From the NCBI GenBank assembly GCA_035221665.1, contig CM069146.1:29574001-29638000 (forward strand): a stretch of DNA of 64,000 nucleotides, given 5' to 3'. The position numbers were made by a program, and so were the translations under genes. Positions 1 through 13,019 of the stretch are shown here, piece by piece; within the stretch, counting starts at the first letter, position 1; each line of letters opens with the position of its first letter. The notes beneath the pieces are model-generated. The model was not told the DNA's origin, searched no databases, and saw only the letters and a list, made by a program, of their open reading frames with translations. The DNA is from Okamejei kenojei (lineage: Eukaryota).

Positions 1-199
1 GGGACTATGTGGATAGCTGTTCCTCAGGTGTGGAATTGACGGGCCCTGCTGTAACTGTTCTGTGATTCAGAGGACACCAAAGATTACACCTGGTTCATTG
101 AAATTTAGGATCTTTTTGTGTCCAAACAGAAGAGTGTTTATTATCATCTGAAGGGCAATGCCATAGACAGTATGCTGGTCAGTAAAGTTTCGTGGAAAA

Positions 200-580
200 C
201 ACTGGAATGGATTCAAAACCGGCTTACTGGTAGAAGATAGAGGGTTGTGGTGGAAGGACAATATTAATGCTGGAGGTCTGTGACCCGAGGAGTTCGCGGA
301 CCTCTATTGTTTGTGATATGTATAAATGACTTGGATTTAAATGTAAGTGAATTGGTTTGCAAGTTTGCAGATGACACCCAGATTGCTGGGGTCACAGACT
401 GTGAGGAAGGCTGTTAAAGTATACAACCGGATATTGATCAGCAACAGAAATAGACAGGTGGAGTTTAATCCAAGCAAGTGTGAGGTGTTGCATTTTGGAG
501 GACAAATGTAAAGGAAAATCAAAGAATTAATGTCAAGACCCATAACGGTATTGACAGTCAGAGGGGTCATGGGTGTGCCA
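200..580 (+). mobile_element. CR1-type LINE RT fragment (degenerate)
   Basis: Reads like CR1 ORF2 LFVIYINDLD...KFADDT (tttgtgatatgtataaatgacttggat...aagtttgcagatgacacc), with stops and indels. Confidence 0.8.
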
Positions 581-1374
581 CATTTTATATTTTTATTACA
601 AACTTAACCAGGCTGTTCTGAAAGCTCAATTCACAGTTGTGTTCATATTCTTAATCACCTGTATCATGATGAGTTTATAGTACTTTTGTCTCATTGGCAA
701 GATAAATCATTCATTGGATCCTATCCTCCACCTAAAATGAATGCAGGAAACACTCAGCGGGTCAGGCTGGATCTGTGGGAAGAGAAACAGAGATAATGTT
801 GCAGTCAAAGACCTCTCATCAGAACCCACAAAATTGTCTGAAGTGAAAACAAAGATACGATTACTATGAATAAATTTTAATGATATATATACCATAGGAA
901 TAAAACAGCTTTATTGCAAGTTGGGGAACAACTTTGAATTGAGAAAACAGCTTTTAAAAAAAAACACATTGCGCATAACTGATAGGATTAATTATTCTGT
1001 TGCAGCCTAATAAAATTGCAAAACATGTTTATCAGGCAAGAGATTGGGATCTCTATGCACAGCATATATGTAGCATTTTTGGAATTTCAGAATATTTTTG
1101 CTAAGTTGTGAATTTGGGAAAAATTTAATATATTTTGGTAATCACTGGTGTCTGTTAACCTGTCAAGCAGTTCCACATCTTATTTTTGTTGGGTTTGTAC
1201 TGTATAGAAATATACAGCAGTTTAATCCAGAAATACACCAACAAATATGTTTATCATTGGCACCAAATAGCTTTATTAAGATTGAAACTAGATTTGTTCT
1301 GAACCATTAAACGGTTTTACTCTACTGAAACATATAGTCTAAGAAAGTCTGATCAAATGATACAACTTATAGAG

Positions 1375-1475
1375 AAGATAGGCACTAAATGCTGGAGTAA
1401 CTCAGTGGGACAGGCAGTATCTCTGGTTAGAAGGAATGGGTGACTCTTTTGGGTTGAGACTCTTCATCAGGCTGG
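1375..1475 (-). mobile_element. Penelope-like pLTR/terminal repeat fragment
   Basis: tgctggagtaactcagtgggacaggcagtatctctgg...ctcttcatcag is the reverse complement of the repeat at 58419-58550. Confidence 0.65.
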
Positions 1476-2402
1476 GGAGTCTTATATGTGAAATGATCCA
1501 AAATAAAAATATTGAATAAGTTGAACTAAGGACCAACATGGTTTCCAGTAGATCTTTGTACTTGAACATGCTTTTTTAAAATGTTATTCATTCAAGTATG
1601 TGGGCATCACAGGCTGAGTCAGCATTTTATTGCCCATTTTGTAGTTGCCCTTGAGAAATGGTGGTGAGCGACATCCTTGAACAGCTGCAGCCGGTGAGGT
1701 GTGGGTATGCGCACAATGCTGTTAGGACCATTTTGTTTCTGCCATCTAGCATTTCAAAACTTGTCTATGCCTTTTTAGTGCTATCTTTGAGAATTGAAGG
1801 AGGTTTAGTGGTGTTGCCAGTCAAGCTCACTGGGTGGCAGCTCTTGTCTTGAAATCAGCTCCATTCGTTGCTTTGAAAGGATGATCACTTCCAGTTCTTG
1901 TGATACGACAAGCTGACAAGCTTTCATGGAGGCTCTAATTAAGCTTTGCAGCCAAAGGCTTTGTCTTTACTTTTGATTCACATCTGGAAAACTAACCTCT
2001 TTATAGCAAGCACATTTAGAAGCACGAATTGAATGTAGCTAGTTTTTTTTCCAATGGAATAATAGTTAAAATGTCAGAATGCAAAACAGTGGTTATTCAG
2101 GGAAATTTACACAGATATGCTGCCTCCTTGTTATTCATGTTCATAATTTCACATTGATACCAAATTAGAGAGCCAGCAAACTTCAGGGTAGAATACATAG
2201 GGGGTAATATTAGGGAGCTTTGAAAGTAAAAGAATATTGAAGGTTTGATCAGGGAAAAAGGAAATGTATGGCAGATATGTTCGGGATCAAGGGAATCTTT
2301 TGGGGAATATAGAGTGTAGTGAGAAAATGTAAGAAATAAATTTGAAGGGCAGAAAGGGGCTATGAAATATCCCTGGCAAGTAAAAGTAAGGAGAATAGCC
2401 AA

Positions 2403-3066
2403 TAGACAATAGGTACAGGAATAGGCCATTCAGCCCTTTGAGCCAGCACCGCCATTCACTGTGATCATGGCTGATCATCCACAATCAGTACCCCGTCCCT
2501 GCCTTCTCCCCATATCCCTTGACTCCACTATCTTTAAGAGCTCTATCTAACTCTTGATTGAAAGCATCCAGAGAATTGGCCTCCAATGCCTTCTGAGGCA
2601 CAGAATTCCACATTCACAACTCTCTGGGTGAAAAAGTTTTTCCTCATCCCCGTTCTAAATGGCCTACCCCTTATTCTTAAACTGTGGCCTCTGGTTCTGG
2701 ACTCCCCCAACAATGGGAATATGTTTCCTGCCTCTAGCGTATCTAATCCCTTAATAATCTTACATGTTTCAATAAGATCCCCTCATCCTTCTAAATTCCA
2801 GTGTATACCCTAAGCACAGTCGCTCCATTCTATCAACATATGACAGTCCGACCATCCCTGGAATTAACGTTGTGAACCTACGCTGCACTCCCTCAATAGC
2901 AAGAATGTCCTTCCTCAAATTTGGAGACCTAAACCGCACACAATACTCCAGGTGTGGTCTCACTAGAGCCCTGTACAACTGCAGAAGGACCTCTTTGCTC
3001 CTATCCTCAACTCCTCTTGTTATGAAGGCGAACATGCCATTAGCTTTCTTCACTGCCTGCTGTACC
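2403..3066 (-). mobile_element. CR1 LINE 3' end
   Basis: ORF 2769..3143 LYRALVRPHLEYCVRFRSPNLRKDILAIEGVQRRFT is typical CR1 ORF2 C-terminus; 3' UTR and short tandem tail near 2400. Confidence 0.9.
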
Positions 3067-3069
3067 TGA

Positions 3070-4700
3070 ATTCCAAGACATGTTACAAGAATATCAGGAG
3101 CAAGAGGGTAGCTGGGGAAATAGTGGAGCGGCTTATGGATCAATGGGATATTCTCTCTGTGGATCTAAGGATTGTGGGCAAGGTCCTAAATAAATACTTC
3201 TCATCTGTATTTACCAAGGAGAAGGATATGGAATACAGTGAGTTATGGGAGGGGTGTGTGGATAATCTGGAGCAGGTCAATTTTAAGAAGGAGTAGGCAT
3301 TTGGCATCATGGGACATATTAGGAAGGAGGTAGCTGGATTCTGATGGAGACTTTTGCTAATTATTAGTCGTAGATGCAGAAAACTGGAGGATAGCTAATG
3401 TTATTTTATTTAAGAAGGGCAGGAGGGATAAGCCAGGTGTCTAGAGGGTGGTGATTTTATGTAAATGATCGAGAAAGTATTGGAATTTATGTACATTTGG
3501 AAAGGCTGGGGCTGATCAGAGATAGTCAGCATGGCATAATGTGGGAAATCCTCACTTATTTGATTGAGATTTTTGGATAGGTAATTAAGCAGATTTATGA
3601 ATACAGGGCAGTCGATATTGGCGATATGGACTTTAGCAAGGCATTTGAGAAGGTCCTGCATGGTAGGCTGGTCCAGACGGTAATGTGTGTGGAATTCACG
3701 GCAAGCTGGATAATTGTATCGAAAATTGTCTTGGTTTTAGGAGGCAGAGGAAGGTGGTGAAAGAATGCTTTTCTGATTGGTGGTCAATCCTGGGACTATT
3801 GATGTTTGTTGTCTGTAATATATATTCATAACTTGGAAGTGAATGTATGATTAGTAATTTTGTAGATGATACAAATGTTGGTGGATTTCTGGAGAGTGAG
3901 GAAGTTTGTCTAAGGCTACAATGGTATATAAATCAGATGGAAAGCTGGGTAAGGCATTAATAGATGGGATTTAATCCTGACAAGTGTGAGGTTCTTGCAC
4001 ATTGAGATGACAAACAGAATGAATACAGTAAATGTGGGGCACCAAGGAATATTGATGAACAAAGGGAGCTTAGTGTCCACATCCATGGTCCTTTAAAAGT
4101 GGCAACACAGATCGAGAGGGTGGTAAAAAAGGTATATAATATTCTTGCCTTCATAAGTTGGGGCACATAATATAAACGTTGGGATGGTATATTGCAAGTT
4201 TACAAAACACTTGTTGAACTGGAAGGAGTTATTGTGTACAGTTCTGGTCAGCAGTTTTAGGAGGGATTTAGTTACAATGGAAAGAATGCAAAGCAGATTC
4301 ACTGAGATGTTGCCTGGATTGGAGGATTTTAGTTATGGGGAAAGATCAGGTAGGTTGGGCTTATTTTTCCTGAAATAAAGGAGGCTGAGAGGTGACCTGA
4401 CTGAATTATATAACGATTCAAGAAGCATAGAAAGAGTATTCAGAATCTTTTTTCCTTGGTGGGTGTATCAAAATCAAGAGTGCATAGTTTAAAGATGAGA
4501 AGGAGTTCCAAAGAGGATTTGAAAGCAAAGTTTTTTTGTATACAGAGAGTGGTTAATATCAGTAACATACTGCCAGAGGAGGAGGTAGATACAGTCACTA
4601 TGTTCCAGAAACATTTAGACGGGCACTTAAATAGACAAGATTTAGAAGGAGATTCAGTTTTGCAATTGAAAGCAGTTAGCATCCTGGAGTGATAGCTCAT
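3070..4700 (+). mobile_element. Old CR1 LINE ORF2 remnant
   Basis: Degenerate motifs DFSKAFEKVLH (3627-3661), FVDDT (3859-3873), ERMQSRFTEMLPGL and FFxQRVV. Confidence 0.8.
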
Positions 4701-4729
4701 AGTGGGTGTATAAAAAAGAATGCATACAC

Positions 4730-5120
4730 TAGTAGAACAGCCTGTTGGGAGCTGCCGCGTGGAGGTGAAATATCGTGTGGAGGGTAAGTGTAAAACTATG
4801 GCTTGCGAGGCTTTGGCGCAGAAGATAATGATGGGATAAGGTACAGTTTTTTTTTCTTTCTTTCGTAAATCTTCCTTTGTCTAGCACAGCAGATATGACA
4901 ACTGGGGCTGTGGTATGTGCCTCCTGCAGGATGTGGAAAGTCAGGGAAATTTCCAATGTCCCCGAGGGCTACACCTGGAAGGTGCGTCCAGCTGCAGCTC
5001 CTTACAGACTGTGATAGGGAGCTGGAGCTGCAGCTGGATGAGCCCAGCATCATCTGGGAGTCTGAGGAGGTCATAAGCGAAGTTACAGTGAGATGGTCAT
5101 GCCTAGGGTACGGGCAGTAA
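4730..5120 (+). mobile_element. CR1 5' region / ORF1 N-terminus remnant
   Basis: CxxC plus CVQLQLLTDCDRELELQLDE zinc-finger/leucine-zipper pattern of CR1 ORF1 (ORF 4917..5120). Confidence 0.65.
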
Positions 5121-5484
5121 CGATAGATATATGGCAAACATAATTCAGCACTAAAAATGTAAGAGGAAAAAGAACTTAGCAACCTCCCATCTTTAACATT
5201 TTCAAAGTGTTCCAAAGCACTTTACTTTGTATTCAAAATACTTATAAAGTGTCATCATGATAGTTATGGTGTCAACCCTGAAAACCAATTTGTCCACAAA
5301 TAGCTGTAAGATGGTTTACGAGACATTTGGTTAGAACATAAATATTGGCTAGAATTCCACCCTACGTCTTTTTTTAATATTGAGGCCCTTTACATTCAGA
5401 CAAGTTGGGCAACTATTAAGCAATTTAAATGGAAGCTGGCATAAGCCTTAGGAATGGCAACCAAGTTAAGGGTTTATAGGAGAT

Positions 5485-5790
5485 ACAAGAGACTGCAGAT
5501 GCTGGAATCTTGATTAAAAAACAAACTGCTGGTAGTACCCAGCAGGTTAGGCAGCATCTGTGGAGGGAAATGGACATACAATGTTTTGGGTTATAACCTC
5601 TCTTCATACTGATGGAAGAAAGGGGAAATAGCTGGTAGAGAGAGGTGAGGGGAAGGGGTGGTACAAGTACTGGCAAGTGATAGATGAATTCTGGTGATTT
5701 GTAGGCAAATAAGTCCGGTAGGAAGAGATGGAAAGATAGTAACCCAGGCGGGTGATGAGTCACAGAGAAGGTGTAGCTGAGATTCAATAG
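5485..5790 (-). mobile_element. Penelope-like terminal repeat fragment
   Basis: actgcagatgctggaatc...caggcagcatctgtggag motif shared with the other pLTR-like copies, followed by a purine-rich tract. Confidence 0.55.
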
Positions 5791-7699
5791 GATAGTTTTG
5801 CAGCATAATAATATTAATTATACAACGATTAAGATGCTGTTCATTGCATCAGGGAAAATGAAATAGTTCACAATTTTGAAACGATTTACACAGGCAAATA
5901 GAGAAAGCTCTAGGTAGTGGATGTAGAATTAGGAATAGCACTAGCCTTAAAAAGTGGATTGTTAGGAAAGGCTTATTTATGCAGCAATCTATTAAAATAC
6001 TAGGCATGGCTATTAAAACCAAGTAAATCATTTAAAAGGAAGTTAGCAAAGTATTTAAAGAACATGTTAAATAATAATAGGAGACAGAGCAAGGGAATGT
6101 GGTGAGTAAATTGTTCCCATGTGAAGCAAGCAATATAATTATATCATTAGTCCTTCCAAATATTCTAGAGAAGGCCCTGTAATCATGCCTTTTGCATTTA
6201 GGAATAATTGAAGGAAGATTAATAATTTACCCATGAATAGCTAACAAGTTTTTTTAATGGTTGGTAAGTATCTTGGGTTACTTAGAAAGACGTGCAATGA
6301 GGTCAATGAGATGCTGAGAGTTAATCGGTGAAGCCAGGTGACCCTTTGTCAGACTAGATTCCACCCAAGTGGTGTCTGTTTAAAAGATACTGGGCACTTG
6401 ACCTCGGTCATTACCTATACTTCAATGTATCAGTGAAGAAATAACTCATCTGAATAATAGATGTAGTGACAGCAGAAATATATTTATAATAAGTTCACAA
6501 TTTTGCATTAAAAATAAAAGTGCAGGAAAGAAGCTCTGTGTTATTCAGAGAGAGATATCATCAGACATGAGAAGTAATTTTAACATTTATTTTAGTCACA
6601 GATTGGCAAACATGGCAGATTTTCTTCACAGTAGGACATCAGTTTTTTATGACAACTCAGTAGGTTCATGGATACAGTTTCTAAGACAAGCTTTAAAAAA
6701 ACTGTTTTTGTGGTTTATTTAATGACTTGAATTTAAATTCCTGAGCTAGCGTGGTAGGATTTGAATGCAATGATCCAGTAATGGCACAGTGCAGAAAGGT
6801 CACTGATGCGCTACTGAACAATACAAACATTATGAGGTACCCAAATGGAGAAGATAACCTAATTCTCATACTTGGGTTGTACAAAACTTCAGTGCTTTAC
6901 CCAGTTTTTCAACACATCCATTGGTGAACATTGTGGCTCTAAAAAAAAAGCCTGGAAAACAGCTTGGGGTGAAATTCAGATCATCAGACAATCAAAACTC
7001 TCAGAATTGAAAATTAATCTCATGGACGGCACTCTGAAAGAAACAAAAATAAAATTATTTTGAAAGATTTCATTTTGTTTGAATGTTCGTTTACGATTTT
7101 ATAAAATATTGTAGAGACAGACAGAAAAATAGATGGTTCAACCAGGATGGATGATTTGCAACAAAACTTTCGAGAACTAAGTCTATACCCCTGGAGAAAT
7201 GTAAGCTAGGGAAGAAGATGGAATATTCTGAAAAAAATGTGTGGAAGACATCATTAAATATTAGAAATGAATTGTGATTAAATAGGACCATGTGTCTATA
7301 TACAGAGAAGGCGGTAGACTCGATGCTGCAAGTATTGAGCTTTAATTAGCTCTGCAGCAGGTTATTAAATCATGGAATAGTATGCTGCAGGTTTTTAAGT
7401 TGACAACATCTCAAGGATAGCGGATGTTGATAAGTACAAACTGATATAATTTCAGAGGACATTATCATCTTATTCCACTGTCAGAGGTACAAGGAATGAG
7501 ATGACTGCTCTATCAACCATGGAGGAGGGGAATCGATGGGCAAGGAGAAAGTAAGATCTTTCAGCGATACCTGTGGAAAAAGTCATCAGCATAGATACAA
7601 TGAAGATGGAGGAACTGGAAGGATTTACACTTCTGGATAGCTCTGAGTATCTGTATCTTATAATGATTATTGTAATATATAATTATTGGTGTTTGTTTA

Positions 7700-8160
7700 T
7701 TATCATCACCTATACTGGGATGCAGTGAAAACATTGTCTGCTTGCTATTCAGCCAAATCATACTATCCATGAATACAATCGAGCCACATGCAAGGACAAC
7801 AGGTAGTTGAAAAAGAAAAATACTAGTGCAGAAAATAGTGTTTCAACAATATAGTATTATATCTACAGAGAAAGTGCGGATTTTAAAAAGTGCAAGAGCT
7901 GCAATAAGATAGGTAAGGAGATCGGGACTATACCTTTGGCTTACAAGAGGTTTATTTATTAGTCTAATAACAGTGGCGAAGAAGCTGTTCCTGAATCTGC
8001 TGCTGCATGTTTTGATATATTCTGCCAAATAGGGAATGATTAGGGTCAAAATTGTCCTTGATTATGTTGTCTGAGGATGGAATAATTGCAGAAGAGGCCT
8101 GTTCGTGTGATGGATTGTGCTCATTTGCAATTCTCTGCAATTTTGTGCAGAAGTTATTCA
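7700..8160 (-). mobile_element. Rex1/Babar-like LINE 3' end
   Basis: Minus-strand TCSSRFRNSFF motif and 3' UTR, similar to 58260-58870 and 58875-59520. Confidence 0.6.
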
Positions 8161-10207
8161 CCAGGATGTTGCCTGGAATGGAGGGGTGCATTTATAAAGC
8201 TAAAGATTAAATGATGGAACACTCATCAATCGGGCAACAGTGGAGAGCGAAACGGTCACCTCTTCAGATGGAAGATTTTATGATCTTTAGTTACCATGAG
8301 CATGTGGATGTACATGCAGGCACTCTCCTGGCTGGCTGAGACATCTTGCTTCTGATCATCAGCATGATTTGCTAGTCCTGTGCTGGTGGTGCCTCACTTG
8401 TCAGCTTCACCAACTGGTGCTGCACTGATCTTCTTTACTCTTCGTTAAGCCATGCTTTGTGGCCCAGCTTGGTAATGAACGCGAGTGAGGGATATGTTGT
8501 GCTATGAGATTATAGATTGCAGGTGATGGCCCACAGAATTTAGTAGATGACCAGCTCTGAGCCACTGGCGGTAATTAAGTGATTCCACCTCCTTAGATAA
8601 GAGGTGGAATCACACAACAGAATGAGGATGAGGTCAAGCTCACCACTTACTTCAGCCGAGTCAGGCAGCGATGTCCTTTGACACTGAATCAGCACTGTCA
8701 GTATCATTGCAGCCAATCCATTCTCAGTGATGGACACTAAACTAACACTCAACACCTCTACCCTCTCTCATCTAAGTGGGGCAATAAATAGTGGTCAGCA
8801 AACGTTGCCTCCCCATATTTGGTGCTGGGGGATCTCTCTCAGTCCATTGTTAATATTGAAGATTCATTAGCAATCAGACTTTGAATCGTACCACTGTGTC
8901 CAGTGGGTTAGGAAGATTTAGAAGATCATCTGTATGATATGACTATGAAGACAAGTATGGCAGGCTCATTTCCAATTCCTTCCCACTTCTGGCCCAACTC
9001 CAAAGAGTTGAATAGGGAGGACATTGCAGGTTGATTGTCTAATTTATTGCCGAGAGTAATCCCATGTGGCCGATCCAATTTAATTCATATTATTTACTTT
9101 CTAGTCACAATTTCATAGACAATTAAGTCAACTAGATAGTTGTGGATTGAAGTCACATACAGGCCAGAACAGGTAAAGATGGTACATTTCCTTCATTAAC
9201 TATCGGGGTGAGACAGATATTTTTTAATAATCTAGACTATTATGGTCACCATTACTGGGGCTAGTCCCCCCCCCCCCCCCTGATATTTGTGAATTTAAAT
9301 CCTCTGCTGTTCTGGTAGTACTTAGCCTTTCATCTCCAGATTAGTATTCCAGACCTGTGGATTGTTAGTCCAGCTACATTAGGACTATATTACTGTGCAC
9401 AATGAGCATGATGTCAACACTATTTTGTTTGATTTTATGGTTTTCCCAACAAATTTTCCTCAACACCAGTGGACCTTCCTCTGACAAAGTTACAGTTCAC
9501 ATGGGATCACTGTTATTCAATAGATGTATAATTTATCTCATTAAAAATTCAGATCATTTGGAAGTCAAGAAACACATTTGCAGTACACGCTTTAGATCTG
9601 AGAGTATAGTTTTGCTTTTCCAAGCACTTCCAGTAAGTATCATGCAGTGCCTGACAGGTGTACTTTGGTTGCTGTCTTTGTAGTTCAGAAAAATCATGCA
9701 TTTAAACATTAAGAAACAAAACCATTGAGTCGAAATATTGCCACAAAGAGGACAGTATGTCAGTGTGTCTCAGTAAAATCTGATGGTCTGCGACAACTGC
9801 TGGAGAAAGGGTGTTTGAAATGACAAAGAGATGGTGCTCACTCACACTGACATGTTGCAATGAATGTCAAGGCAACAAGCTGTCCTGTTTTTGCTATTGA
9901 CAAAAGACTACCCGCCAGGGGTTTGGAGGATACTTACATGAGTGTATCCCGAGGCTGCTTGTGCATCTACCCATCAGTGCAGTACTGGATATAAACCCCA
10001 TGAGCGTATAGAGTGCAGATCTTACAAACTAGGAAGGAATGAGCCGTGGACTGGCTCTCAATTACTTTCACCTGGTGTTTCATCAATGCTTTGTACTTGT
10101 TTGAGAATATTTACAGCAGCACCACCTGGAACAAATTACCAAGCACAACACCCAGCCACAGAAGAAGAATCTTGAATTATTGGAAGCCTCACGCTTCACC
10201 TTATGGT

Positions 10208-10261
10208 GGGGTGGAAGATTGCAACCTTCACGTGGTCCGCCCTGTTTCAACGAATGCAATC
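10208..10261 (+). ncRNA. Minimal HDV-like (CPEB3-type) self-cleaving ribozyme
   Basis: P1 GGGGTGG/CCGCCCT; J1/2 AA; P2 GATTGCA/TGCAATC; P3 ACC/GGT; L3 TTCACGT; P1.1 G; stub P4; J4/2 CGAA with putative catalytic C10251. Nested double-pseudoknot order matches the HDV fold. Confidence 0.85.
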
Positions 10262-10347
10262 AACCCGCGTGCACAATCAAATAAGATCAAATGTAACAAG
10301 TTGTCCTACAACTTTAGGCTGTGCACGCCATATGCAAAGAGAAGAAG
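10208..10347 (+). mobile_element. Ribozyme-headed SINE, copy A
   Basis: TSD ACCTTATGGT at 10198-10207 and 10348-10357; GAGAAGAAG tail; homologous to 19424-19556 and 46016-46151. Confidence 0.9.
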
Positions 10348-10669
10348 ACCTTATGGTGAAGCCCACCTTTACACATAACTCCTTAAGCAGGTCCTTTGGA
10401 AGTTCTACCCATACTATTCACTGAGGGTTAATACCAGGACAGCCATACTGATATATGCAGCTGCCTGAGTATCCTGCACATCACTTCTCCATGCTACAGT
10501 AATGCAGTATGCTTATTTGCGTGGACCAAGTCATGTCTACTTCACAAATAGGGCCTGACCAGTCTGTAAATCTGTTAGTGGTGATATTTTGAACTTAAAG
10601 AATTCACGATGGCACTGGAATCGTGACGGCTCCTCTGTATAACTTCAGTGTAATCTAGTACACTTATAG

Positions 10670-12480
10670 CCCTGTCTCACTGTGCGAGTTGACCCATGAG
10701 GTACCCCGAGTGACAGACTCGTGGTTGTGCACGAGATCCCAAGTTGATGTTCAAGTGTTTGAACCGAGTTCCCACGGGTATAGTATTTTGCCGTTTACTG
10801 CGATGTTCCAAGTTCGTCTCCCATTTACTCTTGGGCTGACAACGTCTCCTGATGTACTCTTGAGCTGTCAACTTGTCCTGAAAAGTGACACAGTGTTTCT
10901 AACGGGCCCTTCGGCCCACCAGTCCGTGCCGACCAGCGACACTAGCACCACCCCACAGGAAAAGTGAATTTGATTTTAGTAATTTGACCAAAAGAAAAAT
11001 GGTGTATGCTAAGTAGTGTGTTGATATGACACTCCCAAAAATAACTTCTAAAAATCTGCAGGATTGTACGATTAGGAGACGTGCATTCTGCGTAATTATA
11101 TTAAAATAAAATACAGGAGAGATAACACTCCTTTTCTACATGCCTTTAGAAAGAAACTTGCAGTTATATTTGAAGTCTTGAATTGATTTCCTCCTGAGAG
11201 TCTGTGCATAGTCTAATACTCTGAGCCATTTACAGCGCTGTGTGGAAGACGCCCTTACCCGCACTAGTTGGGCGGGTGTATTTCCAGTGATAGTTAATCA
11301 TACTGTTCCTACTTAATAGTACAATGCTACATATATTCAGTTGTATAAGGAAGCCCTCCTTTCACTGATTTGCTTTGTTTCCTGATTTCGAAGACTAGTG
11401 TCAGTACTGTGCCGTGTCACAGTTTGTACGTTTTAAATTGAAAGGCACGGCCATTTGAACCTTAATGTCTTTATCTTAGTGATAAAGGGATGTAACATCC
11501 AACTCCGATTCAATTCTAAAGCATTGAAAAGCATGTCAGAGCATGGGGATGGTAAAACGGTGGGTGAATAGATGAAATGTTGACAACGGATCCGTTGAAA
11601 ATTAAATTCCATTATATTTGTACAGTTTCTTTATGAATCAGTTTGTGTTTAGTACTGAGAGATTTAATGATCGCAGATTTTTATTTCTGCATCTGAGGTC
11701 GATAGCAATTTTTTTTCTGTTAATGTCCACTAAAAGCTCAGGGTAATTTAGTAATTGATTCCAAGCACAGCGACTCACCAATGCCCGGTCTACTTTTGGG
11801 GTATTAACTTTGCTTATCTTATCTATCAGAATGAGATTACCATGCTAATTCACGGGCACCAATTGTCTTCAGGTCACAGGGGGGCACTGGGACCTCTTCG
11901 ACCGCAACACCAAGGAAAACAAGAAAAATAAAATCACAGACGTGATAAATATCCAGGAAATCCCTTCACAAAATGACTTCAAATACAAATCTGCATGACA
12001 TTGTCATGTTATTCCAAATGCTCTGTTGATTGAAACGATAAAATATGCGTCTTATATCAACAAAGGGGGACAATCGTGATGAATAATGTTGAAAAATTGA
12101 CAGGTGACAAGTGTTTAAAACCATGCGTTGGAAAACAGAAAGTGGTCTTTAAATTACCCTAATTAATGCCGAGTTCAGAGTGCCCACGGGTTAACACGTT
12201 AAACTCACGAGTTAATAAGGTCAACGCACGGGCCCCACGTTAATACTACGAGTTTAAATGTTTCAATTTTACACTTGAACAGTGAATTTGACTCGTGGAA
12301 AAAATCAAACATGTTTGATTTTTTCACGAGTTATCAAGTTTTGCGTGTACCTGCCGTTAGCGCCACGAGTGGACAAGTTGATCGCGCGAGTTCCGACGTT
12401 GCTGCTACGTTCATCATACGTGATCACCACGAGTGAAAACTCGGGGTCACTCGTGGGCCAACTCGCACCGTGAGACAGGG
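10670..12480. mobile_element. Non-autonomous DNA transposon (Harbinger-like TIRs), ~1.8 kb
   Basis: ~60-bp imperfect inverted termini: ccctgtctcactgtgcgagttgacccatgag (10670) versus ctcgtgggccaactcgcaccgtgagacaggg (to 12480). No transposase ORF; HE1 3' fragment nested at ~10890-10960. Confidence 0.7.
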
Positions 12481-12628
12481 AGTGCGAGTAACACTCTTGT
12501 ACTTCTGTATGATTTTGCTTATGTACACTAAGATTTTCATTGATTTGTGTGCAAAGGAATTTCACTGTACCTAGGTGCCTGAGACAATAAATAGCCATTT
12601 GAACCAGTGAACTGTGTTAAAGCAGTAA

Positions 12629-12946
12629 AAGCCCTGCCCCACTTTTCGAGTTCATTCAAAGAGTTCTCCCGAGTTTGCTCTGATTCGAACTCGGAGATTT
12701 ACAGTAATGGCCGCTCGCAGATACTCGGGCTCTTGTGGACATTTTTCAACACGTTGAAAAATCTTCACGAGTCTTCCCAAGCTTACCGCGTTTCCCAAGT
12801 ACCTGCCGTTAGTGTTACGAGCCACTAAGAGACGTCCCCGAGCTCCGACGTACCCGCTACGTTCATTCTATGTGCTTACCACGAGTTTGATTTTTTTTTA
12901 AACTCAGGAGAGCACTTGAATGAACTCGTACAGTGGGACAGGGCCA
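12629..12946. mobile_element. MITE, PIF/Harbinger-like
   Basis: TIRs aagccctgccccact...agtgggacagggcc with an extended inverted subterminal match (cgagttcattcaa/ttgaatgaactcg) and TAA/TTA-like flanks. Confidence 0.7.
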
Positions 12947-13019
12947 TTAGAAGCAAGTTTGAGCCTTACTTTGGCAGACAGGTAAATAGGAGTTGCTGTG
13001 AAAAGGACACAAAGGCTTG

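Noticed and set aside
11380-11900. Enhancer-like GATA and CTCF-like motifs
   Set aside because: Inside the TIR-bounded element 10670-12480, so more simply explained as transposon interior.
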